64,000 nucleotides of DNA from Alphaproteobacteria bacterium (lineage in GTDB: Bacteria; Pseudomonadota; Alphaproteobacteria; RF32; CAG-239). Shown piece after piece: positions 48,981 to 58,269 of the stretch. Within the stretch, counting starts at the first letter, position 1. The number at the start of each line of letters is the position of its first letter. The DNA lies in NCBI GenBank assembly GCA_017475705.1, contig JAFVFB010000030.1, positions 1,056 through 65,055 of the forward strand, in the 5' to 3' direction. The position numbers were made by a program, and so were the translations under genes. Under the pieces are notes generated by a model. That model was given only the letters and a program-made list of their open reading frames with translations. It was not told the origin of the DNA and searched no databases.

Positions 48981-51773
48981 TTAGTGGACCTTATTTTCTA
49001 TCCATTTAGTTAGATATGGGTTGTTTTGAGGAGAGTTACTAACCTCTTTCTGTTTTCCTTTCTGTTTCTCTAAACGCTGCTTTTCCTTTTTAACTTTGTT
49101 AGCAAACTTTTTCTTTTTTTGCATAGGGGTATTCTCTTTAACCTCGGTATTATTGACCTCAACATAAACATCTTGGTCTTTAACCTTTAGAGAAAGGACT
49201 TCATCAGCTGTTGCTTTTCTGGTAACTTTACCGGTTACTAAGTCTTCATTATATTTACCATATACAATGTTAGTAGAGGTTGTTTGATAATTTGGAACAT
49301 AGACAGTATGCTCAATCAAGGTTGAATCATTCACAAAAGCTTCATCCCGAGTAACAGTAACAGCACGGAATAACCTTTTATGGGGTTCACCAATATTTGA
49401 AGGACGGGAAGACCCAGTGGCTTGATAAGTGTGCTTACTTGGTGTGTCACAATCTTCTGTAGCAATCTGATTAACTGTACGAACAGTCTGTTTCCCTTTA
49501 ACACCAAAAATACGTCCGGTGTCTGTAATACGGTCAAAAACAGAGCGGATAATAGAAGTTTGATCGGCTGTTAAGCTATCTCCGGCACAAGGCTTTCTAT
49601 CAAAATAGTTTTCCATAATCTGGTTAACCAATACAAAGGCTTTATCAGCATTTTTGTTCTTAGGATTGTTGCTAGACCAGCTTTCTGCCTGTTTCCACTG
49701 GAACAAGAGCTGTTCACCCACTAAACCGGCCCCGATTTGGCCATTTTGCAACAATAAGCTGTCATTAGCATTAATGATATCCATATATTGTTGGAACTTA
49801 TCACCAAAGAACTTTTTTGTATCATTATATTCTTTTTTGGTCAAACCAGTATTTTGATAGCCGCCACGTTCACTGACATAACCAGCAGACGGTGTTCCAA
49901 CCGGAACTTTATCTGCACCTTCGATGATTTCAATTTTAACAGTATCTTGTACTTCATCGGCTACTTTGCTGACAGCATTAGAAACTGTAGCGGTAGAAAC
50001 ATAAGTGTTCACAATAGAATCACTAACAATATCGATATCATCAAAATCTGTTTGTGTTTCATCAATAACAGATGCACTAGCAGCTTTATTCTCTGCATTA
50101 GAGACGGTAGCGGTAGAAACATCAGCGTTCACAATAGAATCACTAACAACATCAAGATCGTCAAAATCTGTTTGTGTTTCATCAATAATAGATGCACTAG
50201 TAGCCTTTTTTACTGTAGCTGAATCAGACGATATAGAATCTTCACCATTTTCAATATAAACTTCTTGATCTTTAACTTTAAGTCCTAAAATTTGTTCTAC
50301 GGTAGCAGAAGACGATGTTTTCGGAGCTAGATCTTCATTGGCTTTATGGTAAGTAGGATGAACTTTTTCCACCTGTACAGAAGAAACATAGGTTGTATCA
50401 ACTGTTAGTGTTTCTTCTCTAACAAAATCTTCATCTTCTGCTGGAGAAACCACAGCTACAGAATCATTACTAGTCTGTTCTTGGGTAACAATCTGAGGAG
50501 TTTTTGTCGTGCTAGGAGTCACTTTTGTTTCTAAAGAATTAGCAGCTTTAACTGTTTGAGCTTTCATGCTCGTAACTTTTTGGTATTGTACGGTTTCACC
50601 GCAAGGATCCTTCACGCCGCGGACATTACGATCTCCTTTAATCTGATTAATAAACATAGCATTGCAATCATCCGGCAACTGAGCATTTTCATCACAAAGG
50701 AAGTGATGAAAAGCTTCTGCAACACGAGCAGCTTGCACTCTTTCGGCTGAAACGCCTAATTGTTCTGCTCTGTCAGCATTTGGATAGAAAGAGCGGAAGT
50801 ATCTGTATGAATTGAGCACCTCATCACGGGTCCTATCCTTAAAGTGTTTTTCCATAACAGTATCAGTCAGACGACTTAATGCGTATTCATAGCCATTATT
50901 GTCATTACCATAGCTTTTATTTAAAAAGTCTACAGTACTAGCTAAATCTTTTACAGCAACTCTGGAACTATCAACAGGAACTTTGTATGCTTGGCTTGCT
51001 TGAGTAAGGGTTATGGTTGGTGCTTGATTTTGTACATGATCAGATGAGTCGTTAACCGTTGCGTAATTAATTTTAGCATTATTATTGGTTGCAGCAGGAT
51101 TGCCATTTGTACATGAAAAAGTAAGTGCCATTAAAGAAACACTAGCAGCAGCAACAGCCATCCGGCTTTTATAGCGCTTAAATAGTGATTTGATATTATC
51201 AGAGGATGCACTAATTTTGCCTTCAAGCTTCTGTGTAAACGCTTTCATTCCAATTTGTGCGGAACGATGCATTTCGATAACACTAGCACCACGAATGGGA
51301 GATTTATCAACCACATTATGGCGTAACTGATTAAAGAAAGACATACCGTCATCTCTAAGTGCTTTAAGACGGCGACGAATATTAAATCGTGTCATCAATT
51401 TAAAACGACCGGCAGTAAATGGTTTATCCTCATTATTAAATAACTGGCGTGAAGTATCTGCAATACCCATGTAGACAATTGCCGTTTGGGCCTCTTTTTT
51501 AGCATTATTACCCAACTCTTGGCCATTGTCATCAACAAAAAACTGATTTTCTGTTTCGGAGCGCATATCATTTGCCAGATTAGAAACAAAGTTTTCGTCA
51601 GCAAATGTATCAGCACGCGTTAAAATAGAAGCAGAAATATTCACAGCATCAAGATTTTTAATATCTTGTTTGATTAAATGACCAAAACGATCAAAATGAA
51701 CCCGACGAACCACACCGCGTCTTTGCTGACGAGAGCGGCTATTGGACTTAAATTTACGTCTTTTATTTGACAC
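48981..51773 (-). CDS. Large hypothetical modular protein (930 aa)
   Basis: GTG start after AGGAG. Arg-rich N-terminus, internal hydrophobic segment ending TFSC, internal repeats, Lys-rich C-terminus. Confidence 0.85.
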   Translation of the reverse strand: MSNKRRKFKSNSRSRQQRRGVVRRVHFDRFGHLIKQDIKNLDAVNISASILTRADTFADENFVSNLANDMRSETENQFFVDDNGQELGNNAKKEAQTAIVYMGIADTSRQLFNNEDKPFTAGRFKLMTRFNIRRRLKALRDDGMSFFNQLRHNVVDKSPIRGASVIEMHRSAQIGMKAFTQKLEGKISASSDNIKSLFKRYKSRMAVAAASVSLMALTFSCTNGNPAATNNNAKINYATVNDSSDHVQNQAPTITLTQASQAYKVPVDSSRVAVKDLASTVDFLNKSYGNDNNGYEYALSRLTDTVMEKHFKDRTRDEVLNSYRYFRSFYPNADRAEQLGVSAERVQAARVAEAFHHFLCDENAQLPDDCNAMFINQIKGDRNVRGVKDPCGETVQYQKVTSMKAQTVKAANSLETKVTPSTTKTPQIVTQEQTSNDSVAVVSPAEDEDFVREETLTVDTTYVSSVQVEKVHPTYHKANEDLAPKTSSSATVEQILGLKVKDQEVYIENGEDSISSDSATVKKATSASIIDETQTDFDDLDVVSDSIVNADVSTATVSNAENKAASASVIDETQTDFDDIDIVSDSIVNTYVSTATVSNAVSKVADEVQDTVKIEIIEGADKVPVGTPSAGYVSERGGYQNTGLTKKEYNDTKKFFGDKFQQYMDIINANDSLLLQNGQIGAGLVGEQLLFQWKQAESWSSNNPKNKNADKAFVLVNQIMENYFDRKPCAGDSLTADQTSIIRSVFDRITDTGRIFGVKGKQTVRTVNQIATEDCDTPSKHTYQATGSSRPSNIGEPHKRLFRAVTVTRDEAFVNDSTLIEHTVYVPNYQTTSTNIVYGKYNEDLVTGKVTRKATADEVLSLKVKDQDVYVEVNNTEVKENTPMQKKKKFANKVKKEKQRLEKQKGKQKEVSNSPQNNPYLTKWIENKVH
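49975..50204 (-). repeat. 120-bp (40-aa) intragenic tandem duplication
   Basis: TCAAAATCTGTTTGTGTTTCATCAATAA occurs at both 50041 and 50161. The protein has SAS(I/V)IDETQTDFDD.D.VSDSIVN..VSTATVSNA twice. Confidence 0.95.
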
Positions 51774-51957
51774 CTTTTTTCTCCTAAAACAACTTTATTT
51801 AAAGGCAGTATATAATAAAAAAAACATAATTTCAATATTTTTTTTGTCAATTTTAAATATTTTTTAAAAAAATGTCAAATAAGGCAAAAATAAAAAAGTT
51901 GCACAATAAAAGATAAAGCAATATAACAAAAAAAACGAAATAAGAAAAGAGGATACA

Positions 51958-53040
51958 ATGCGTGTTGATATATTTGATTTTGAGCTGGATAAAGAACTGA
52001 TTGCAAATGAACCGGTAAACCCGAGGGATAGCTCAAAATTATTGGATTTAATGGATGAAAATACAATAACGGACCGTCATTTCTATGATTTGCCGGATAT
52101 TTTGCGTCCAGATGACATACTTGTATTTAATGATACTAAAGTAATCCCTGCAAGACTCTATGGCAAAAGAGGAGAGGCTGAAGTTGAAGTAACATTATAT
52201 CATCCTGAAGATGGGCAGACTTGGTGGGCATTTATTAAAAATTCCAAAAGATTGCATGAAGAGGATATAATCACATTTTATAACGCAGAAATACCTGTTA
52301 GTTCCTCGGAATTTAAAGCTAAAGTGCTTAAGAAAAATAGTGAAGATGGGGTGCTACTGGAATTTTTATGCGCTGTTGATATATTGGCAGAATTACTTGA
52401 AAAATATGGTTTAATGCCGTTACCGCCATATATCAAGCGTGATAAACCGAATGCAGGAATTTGGAACCGCTATAATGACAAAGAAAATTATCAAACTGTA
52501 TATGCTAAGTACGAAGGAGCAGTTGCCGCCCCCACTGCTGGATTGCATTTTACCAATAAAGTATTGCAACGTTTACAAGAAAAAGGTATCAAAAAGGTTT
52601 TTTTGACCCTACATGTTGGAGCAGGAACTTTTTTGCCGGTAAAAACCGATGATACTAAAGACCATAAAATGCATGCCGAATATGGTATTATTAGCAAAGA
52701 AGCTTGTGATATTATCAATGCAGCCAAGCAAAATCACCAGAGAATTATTGCGGTTGGAACAACTTCGGTACGTTTGCTGGAAAGTGCCGCTGATAGCCAA
52801 GGTATACTTCATCCTTTTAAGGGGGAAACATCCATCTTCATCACCCCAGGTTACAAGTTCAAAATCATCGATGGAATCATTACTAATTTCCATTTACCTA
52901 AATCAACGCTATTTATGCTGATTTGTGCAATTGCCGGAACCCAAAGGATGAAAGCTGCTTATAAACATGCAATAGAACAAAAATATCGCTTTTATTCCTA
53001 CGGCGATAGCTCAATTTTAAAATGTGTAAATAAAATTTAA
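51958..53040 (+). CDS. queA: SAM:tRNA ribosyltransferase-isomerase
   Basis: FNDTKVIPARL, PLPPYI, AAPTAGLHF, TNFHLPKSTL, YRFYSYGD. Confidence 0.98.
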   Translation: MRVDIFDFELDKELIANEPVNPRDSSKLLDLMDENTITDRHFYDLPDILRPDDILVFNDTKVIPARLYGKRGEAEVEVTLYHPEDGQTWWAFIKNSKRLHEEDIITFYNAEIPVSSSEFKAKVLKKNSEDGVLLEFLCAVDILAELLEKYGLMPLPPYIKRDKPNAGIWNRYNDKENYQTVYAKYEGAVAAPTAGLHFTNKVLQRLQEKGIKKVFLTLHVGAGTFLPVKTDDTKDHKMHAEYGIISKEACDIINAAKQNHQRIIAVGTTSVRLLESAADSQGILHPFKGETSIFITPGYKFKIIDGIITNFHLPKSTLFMLICAIAGTQRMKAAYKHAIEQKYRFYSYGDSSILKCVNKI

Positions 53041-53089
53041 CTATTCTGCGCTAGATTGCGCCTAGATAGTTAATTCTGAGGAGCAAACG

Positions 53090-54265
53090 GTGTTAAAAAT
53101 AGGTTTTGAACCGCAAAAGATTTTCATGTTCAGCAAAAATACCTTTCTGCCGGTAATCGTGCTGGGTCTGTTTTTAGTGTATTTTTTTTCAGTAGCGGAA
53201 TTTTCTGAAGAAACGTATCGGTCTGTACATCTGCTTTTTTTAATAATCTGTGTAATGACGGCGATGGCCGCGGTATTTTTTAAGATTCCCTATTTTGGGT
53301 TAAGTGCAGCGGTTATCTATCTGAGCTATTTGATTATTAACAATACGCGCTATGTCTATGGCGAGGACTATATGTTCTCATCTGCCTATAATATCTGGAT
53401 TATCTTGCTCTGGCCTAATCTGCTGCTGGCTTATTTATTGTATCTAAAACCAAAAACTTATCGCTACTGGAGCCTGTATTTTATCGGTCTGTTTGCCGAA
53501 ACAGCAATAATCGAAAGATTGCTAAATCAAAGTATTGATGCGGATTCGTATTATTTTTACAAACATATTGGAATGTTTAACTATCCAGCGTTATGTACCG
53601 CCATTATTTGCTTTTTTGTTCTAACCATCAGACAAATAGCACAAGGCAGAATATTAAATGCAATCGTGTTGTTTTCCTCAATCGCGGTAATGATTGGCAT
53701 TTTCCTTTCAGATAATTTATTTGCATTTGGCTTGTTTTTTTTAGCAGCAGTTTTAATTAATTTTGTATCTTTAATCTTTTATGTCTTTTACACCAAATAC
53801 AGAGACGAAGAATTAAATATGCCTAATATGCAGTCTTTTTGTCGCGATGCTGAAAAAAAATATCCGCTCAAATATAGCATCGTTCTAATGTATATTGATG
53901 AATATGAACGCATATTGAAAAGATTTGGTATGGCTAAAACCAGAACACTAAAAAAAATGTTTTTAGCTCGAATCCATAAAGAAAAACCAAATGTCTTGAT
54001 TTATAACTATAGACCGGAAGCTCTGATTTTAGCCTTTATGAATGCAAATGCCAATGAAAGTTTTGAGCAGGCTGAAGAAATTCGCCGCATGCTGGCGAAG
54101 TCCATCTTCGTTTTTAATGAAAGTAATCATTTACAACTAACCGTTTCACAATGTGTAAGCGAGAAAAAAAGAAGTGATGCCGATGCAGCTGCTGTGCTAG
54201 AACGCGCAGAGGATAACCTGCGTAAAGCTTGTAAATTTACACGGAATATTACAATCAAGGCCTAA
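53090..54265 (+). CDS. Multi-pass membrane protein with a degenerate GGDEF-like domain
   Basis: About eight TMs, then SIVLMYID..RFG.. YRPEALILAF ..AEEIRR ..LTVSQCVS ..LERAEDNL..A, which follows GGDEF-domain spacing but lacks GGDEF. Confidence 0.7.
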   Translation: MLKIGFEPQKIFMFSKNTFLPVIVLGLFLVYFFSVAEFSEETYRSVHLLFLIICVMTAMAAVFFKIPYFGLSAAVIYLSYLIINNTRYVYGEDYMFSSAYNIWIILLWPNLLLAYLLYLKPKTYRYWSLYFIGLFAETAIIERLLNQSIDADSYYFYKHIGMFNYPALCTAIICFFVLTIRQIAQGRILNAIVLFSSIAVMIGIFLSDNLFAFGLFFLAAVLINFVSLIFYVFYTKYRDEELNMPNMQSFCRDAEKKYPLKYSIVLMYIDEYERILKRFGMAKTRTLKKMFLARIHKEKPNVLIYNYRPEALILAFMNANANESFEQAEEIRRMLAKSIFVFNESNHLQLTVSQCVSEKKRSDADAAAVLERAEDNLRKACKFTRNITIKA

Positions 54266-55056
54266 GAATTATTGTGACACATTGCACGATGTAATAGAAA
54301 AAGGCCAAGGATTAAAAAAGGTACAGAAAGAAGTTGTCCCAGCGTAATATGATGCCACAAAAAGCCAATTTGCTGATCAGGTTCTCTGAAAAATTCCATA
54401 CCTAAACGAGATAAAGTATAAATAATTAAAAATAAAGCGGAAACCAGCCCAGTGTGGCGGCGCACGTATGTATAGCGCCATGCAATGTTGAGAATGCAAA
54501 ACATTAAGACGCCTTCAGTCAAGGATTCGTATATTTGCGATGGATGACGTGGTAAATAACCGCCGCTTGGAAACTTGACCGCCCAAGGTACTGTTGTCAC
54601 CCGTCCCCACAATTCATCATTGACGAAATTGGCCAGCCGGCCCAAAAAAATACCGATAGGAACATATAATGCAACAATATCAGTTACCCTTAAAAAAGGA
54701 AAATGATATTTGACGGCGTAAGCATAAAGCCCCAAAATAACACCAATAATTCCACCATGAAAAGACATGCCACCATGCCAAACCGCCAGTATCTCTACCG
54801 GATGATGCCAAAAATAACCCTGACCGTAAAAGAGAACATAGCCCAAACGACCGCCCAAAATAATTCCTAGGGTTGTATAAAAAACTAAATCATCTAACTG
54901 TGCTGAGCTGATGCCTAATTCATACTTTTGAATATTCCGCTTTGTTAACCACCAAGCCGCCAAAATTCCAACCAGATAAGCCAAAGCATACCACCGGAGT
55001 TGCAACGGACCAAAAGTAAAAATAATCGGTGAAATAGCCGGAAAATCAATATACAT
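54262..55056 (-). CDS. lgt: Prolipoprotein diacylglyceryl transferase
   Basis: RWYALAY, GGRLGYVLFY, GGMSFHGG, GRLANFVNDELWGR, HPSQIYE. Confidence 0.97.
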   Translation of the reverse strand: MYIDFPAISPIIFTFGPLQLRWYALAYLVGILAAWWLTKRNIQKYELGISSAQLDDLVFYTTLGIILGGRLGYVLFYGQGYFWHHPVEILAVWHGGMSFHGGIIGVILGLYAYAVKYHFPFLRVTDIVALYVPIGIFLGRLANFVNDELWGRVTTVPWAVKFPSGGYLPRHPSQIYESLTEGVLMFCILNIAWRYTYVRRHTGLVSALFLIIYTLSRLGMEFFREPDQQIGFLWHHITLGQLLSVPFLILGLFLLHRAMCHNNS

Positions 55057-55291
55057 CAAAGCACCTCACTAAGACATTAAATCGTTAATTAAATTTATCT
55101 TAATAAAAAAATATAATCCACATAAAAAACACAAAAAAAATATTAAAAAATATAAGTGATTGAATATAATGAAAATGTATTCGGCTTAAAAGTTACTATT
55201 TACTTAAAAAAGTGGAAAAGTAGATATAGTGATTGTTTTCATATCTATAGGAAGTAAAAAAAGAATGTCTCATGATAAAAGGTAAAAGAGA

Positions 55292-55771
55292 ATGACAGCA
55301 GCACCGAAACAAGATTTATATAACCCGATTGATACGATAGAATATCTATTCGCTCGCGATAATGTTGCCTGCGATCGTAGAGGGGAGAATGAACTTGTGG
55401 CAGAAATATTAGGAAAGTGGGACAATATGCTGATATTTTTTGCTTATGAAGAACACTTACGTTGCTTGCACCTTTCATGCTTGCTCAATATGCAGAGCAC
55501 TTCATTTGATCGCAGTAAAATGTTTGAACTACTGGCATTGCTGAATGAAAATTTGTGGCTAGGGCACTTCTCGTATTGGAGTGAACAGAAAATGCCGATT
55601 TTCAAACATTCTTTAATTTTACAGGATAATGAAGAACTGTTTACAGGAAAAATCTGTAAAATTATTGAGTTGGCGGTTATGGAATGCGAAAGAGTTTATC
55701 CTATCTTTAATGCCGTGATGCAGCAAAATATCGACCCCAATCAGGCCATGTATGCCGGCAATATAATGTAA
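55292..55771 (+). CDS. YbjN-like alphaproteobacterial protein
   Basis: NPIDTIE, GKWD, LLALLNENLWLGHF, ECERVYPIF. Confidence 0.75.
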   Translation: MTAAPKQDLYNPIDTIEYLFARDNVACDRRGENELVAEILGKWDNMLIFFAYEEHLRCLHLSCLLNMQSTSFDRSKMFELLALLNENLWLGHFSYWSEQKMPIFKHSLILQDNEELFTGKICKIIELAVMECERVYPIFNAVMQQNIDPNQAMYAGNIM

Positions 55772-56212
55772 CTAAATTAAATTTAAATAGCGTAAAATTA
55801 AATAAATAATACCGATTTGGATAACAATGGTTGCAAAAAAAGTAGCCATATAGGTTTTCTTTTTATATTTATGGTGAAAAAACTTTTGTCCGATAACAGC
55901 ACCGATGGTTCCGCCCAAAAGTTCTAACGTATGCAATTGGATTTCTGGAATACGCCATTCTCCGTGCTGAGCCAATTTTTTATCTCGCCCATAAGCCAAA
56001 AATGTAAAAATGTTGACAAATGGAAAATGAAAGAGTATAAACAATAGAAATGCGGCTTTGCCGAAAGGATGCACCTGCCATCCAAAATTATTTTCTAGCC
56101 AATATGCAACTAAAATCATAGAGACAGCATAGAATACAAAAAATATATTTTTCTGTAACCCTCTGAAAATGAAAAACAAAGCAAATAAAATGGCAGAAAA
56201 AGTAATCGTCAT
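55772..56212 (-). CDS. DUF1294-family membrane protein
   Basis: YGRDK..A...WRIPE..LH..ELLGG..GA...Q..FHHK. Confidence 0.88.
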   Translation of the reverse strand: MTITFSAILFALFFIFRGLQKNIFFVFYAVSMILVAYWLENNFGWQVHPFGKAAFLLFILFHFPFVNIFTFLAYGRDKKLAQHGEWRIPEIQLHTLELLGGTIGAVIGQKFFHHKYKKKTYMATFFATIVIQIGIIYLILRYLNLI

Positions 56213-56339
56213 GGTTCCTCTCAGTCATCAAATTTCATATCATAAAAAACTCAAAAGTAAATCAAAAACTTAAGAATTTTTTAATTGCTTTGGTATTAAA
56301 GAGTAGATAACAATAAATAATTTTATTAGGAGATGCCCA

Positions 56340-57290
56340 ATGAAAAAAGTTTTAAGTGTTGTAACTTGCAGCATCTTAGCTGCTTGTTCTTGTAGTGATA
56401 ATCAATGGGAAGACGTTGATGTCGCGACCTATGAAGAGCCTGTTTATGAAGAGCAGACTATTGTTGAAACACCAGCCCCGGCTAAAGTAGTTGTAGAGCA
56501 AGAGCCGATTTATACACCGGCACCACAGCCAGCCTACAATTGCCCCTGTGCTGTTCAACCACAGCCATGCTATCAAGCAGTATGCTACCAACCTTGCCCA
56601 TGTATGGTACAACCGGTTGTCGTTCCGGCACCACAACCATTGCCACAACCGAAAATAACCACAACAAAAAAGATTATTACAACAACCACAACATACGAAG
56701 AGCCATGTGGTAAGCCAGTATGTGAACCAGTTGTTTCAACCCATGAAGAAGTGGTACCGGCAGAAGTACGTTATGGCACACCGGATATGAGCTACAATGG
56801 CTATACCCAACCGACAGTTAGCCCAGCTCCTGCAGCAGCGCCGGTTATGACCAATACAGAATATCGTTCTGACATTGTGGATATGCGTTCTGTAAGTCCA
56901 AAAATTGATGTCAATGTCGCAGCAAAGTATTCTCCGGAAGCATATAACGTTGTAGCAACACGTGCAACCAACAGAATGTTACAAGATATGTCTGCTATGT
57001 ATGGAAACAATACTAAAACAGTTTTTTTAAATGATACAAAACTGTTGAGCTCTGATTTACCTTATGGTAATCATCGCTTAAAAGGGACAACCAAGGATAT
57101 CATTGCTTCATCTCAATCTTTTGAATTGGTAAATAACGCTAACAGTGCAGATTTTATTGTCGATTCTTCTGCAGATTGGTATGTGGCCAATAATGCAAAT
57201 CCTGCATTACAATATAAATTAGCTATGTTTGATAGAAACGGTAGAAAAATTAATGAGTGGATCGAAATTATCAGACAAGTGCAGGAATAA
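56340..57290 (+). CDS. Lipoprotein with a Pro/Cys-rich linker and a possible LpoB-like C-terminal domain
   Basis: Lipobox LAAC, P/C/Q/T-rich region, globular C-terminus. AGGAG RBS. Confidence 0.7.
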   Translation: MKKVLSVVTCSILAACSCSDNQWEDVDVATYEEPVYEEQTIVETPAPAKVVVEQEPIYTPAPQPAYNCPCAVQPQPCYQAVCYQPCPCMVQPVVVPAPQPLPQPKITTTKKIITTTTTYEEPCGKPVCEPVVSTHEEVVPAEVRYGTPDMSYNGYTQPTVSPAPAAAPVMTNTEYRSDIVDMRSVSPKIDVNVAAKYSPEAYNVVATRATNRMLQDMSAMYGNNTKTVFLNDTKLLSSDLPYGNHRLKGTTKDIIASSQSFELVNNANSADFIVDSSADWYVANNANPALQYKLAMFDRNGRKINEWIEIIRQVQE

Positions 57291-57296
57291 TCCTGA

Positions 57297-57824
57297 ATGG
57301 ATATAAATCTTAAAAAACTGTTCGCTTTTTGTATATTAGCTTTATTGACAGCAATACCGAAAGCGGACAGTTTTTTATTGCCTCTGTCGGCACCAATCAA
57401 GTACGCTGAAAATACCGCCAATAATCGAATTTTACCACTAGTTTACATCCGTCCGTTAGAATATTACAATCACCAGACTTCATCCGCTCAGAGTAAAAAA
57501 ATCAGCAATTATTTGGCCTTGGAACCAAGTATAATTATTACAGAAGATGAAAAAATTGCAGATTACTATCTAGTTCCCAAGTTACTTCGTTCTAAATTGG
57601 ACCCCATCAACGATAATCACAGCCGCTACAGTATATCAGTAGAAATTGAGCTATGGTCTGCTGGAGGGGTATTGTTACTTTCTGAACAGCAAAATCGCTA
57701 TATCATAATTGATAAATCTCAGTCGCTGCAGACAACCGCCCGTGATCTTTTACAGGTATTACTAAAGAAAACGCTCGATTCGCTGATGGTAAAAATCAGA
57801 AATAATCAATTAATTCAAAGTTAA
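57297..57824 (+). CDS. Hypothetical exported protein
   Basis: Signal-peptide-like N-terminus; starts 6 nt after the lipoprotein gene. Confidence 0.65.
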   Translation: MDINLKKLFAFCILALLTAIPKADSFLLPLSAPIKYAENTANNRILPLVYIRPLEYYNHQTSSAQSKKISNYLALEPSIIITEDEKIADYYLVPKLLRSKLDPINDNHSRYSISVEIELWSAGGVLLLSEQQNRYIIIDKSQSLQTTARDLLQVLLKKTLDSLMVKIRNNQLIQS

Positions 57825-57825
57825 A

Positions 57826-58262
57826 TCATTTTTCTAAGATGAATGTTGCAGGACCATCATTAACTAAATGGACCGCCATATCAGCTTGAAAAATACCTGT
57901 TTGTGGCACAATTCCTTGTTGTTTGATAAGATCTATAAAAAGAGAGTACATTTTTTTGCTTGTTCAGGGTGTTCAGCTTTATCAAATCCAGGGCGATGAC
58001 CGCGCGACAAATCCGCAGCAAGGGTAAATTGCGAAATAACTAAAATTTCGCCGCCAATGTCTTGCACAGATAAATTCATTTTTTGCTGAGCATCATCGAA
58101 AATGCGCAAATGGACGACCTTTTTTGCCAAATGCTGCGCTTTATCCAAAGTATCACCTTTTTCTACTCCTAAAAACAACAATAAGCCTTTATTAATAGCA
58201 CCTACAGTTTGCTGATTAACGACCACAGATGCTGATTTAACACGTTGAATAAGTAATTTCAT
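57826..58262 (-). CDS. dtd: D-aminoacyl-tRNA deacylase, frameshifted at an A7 run (57951-57957)
   Basis: [12 protein letters not shown] and SQFTL, then [20 protein letters not shown] in the -1 frame, ending at TGA 57826. Confidence 0.9.
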
Positions 58263-58269
58263 CGCAACC

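Noticed and set aside
51853-56284. CtrA boxes TTAA-N7-TTAA at 51853-51867 and 56270-56284
   Set aside because: They are exact matches, but such words are expected by chance in very AT-rich intergenic DNA. Unsupported without conservation data.
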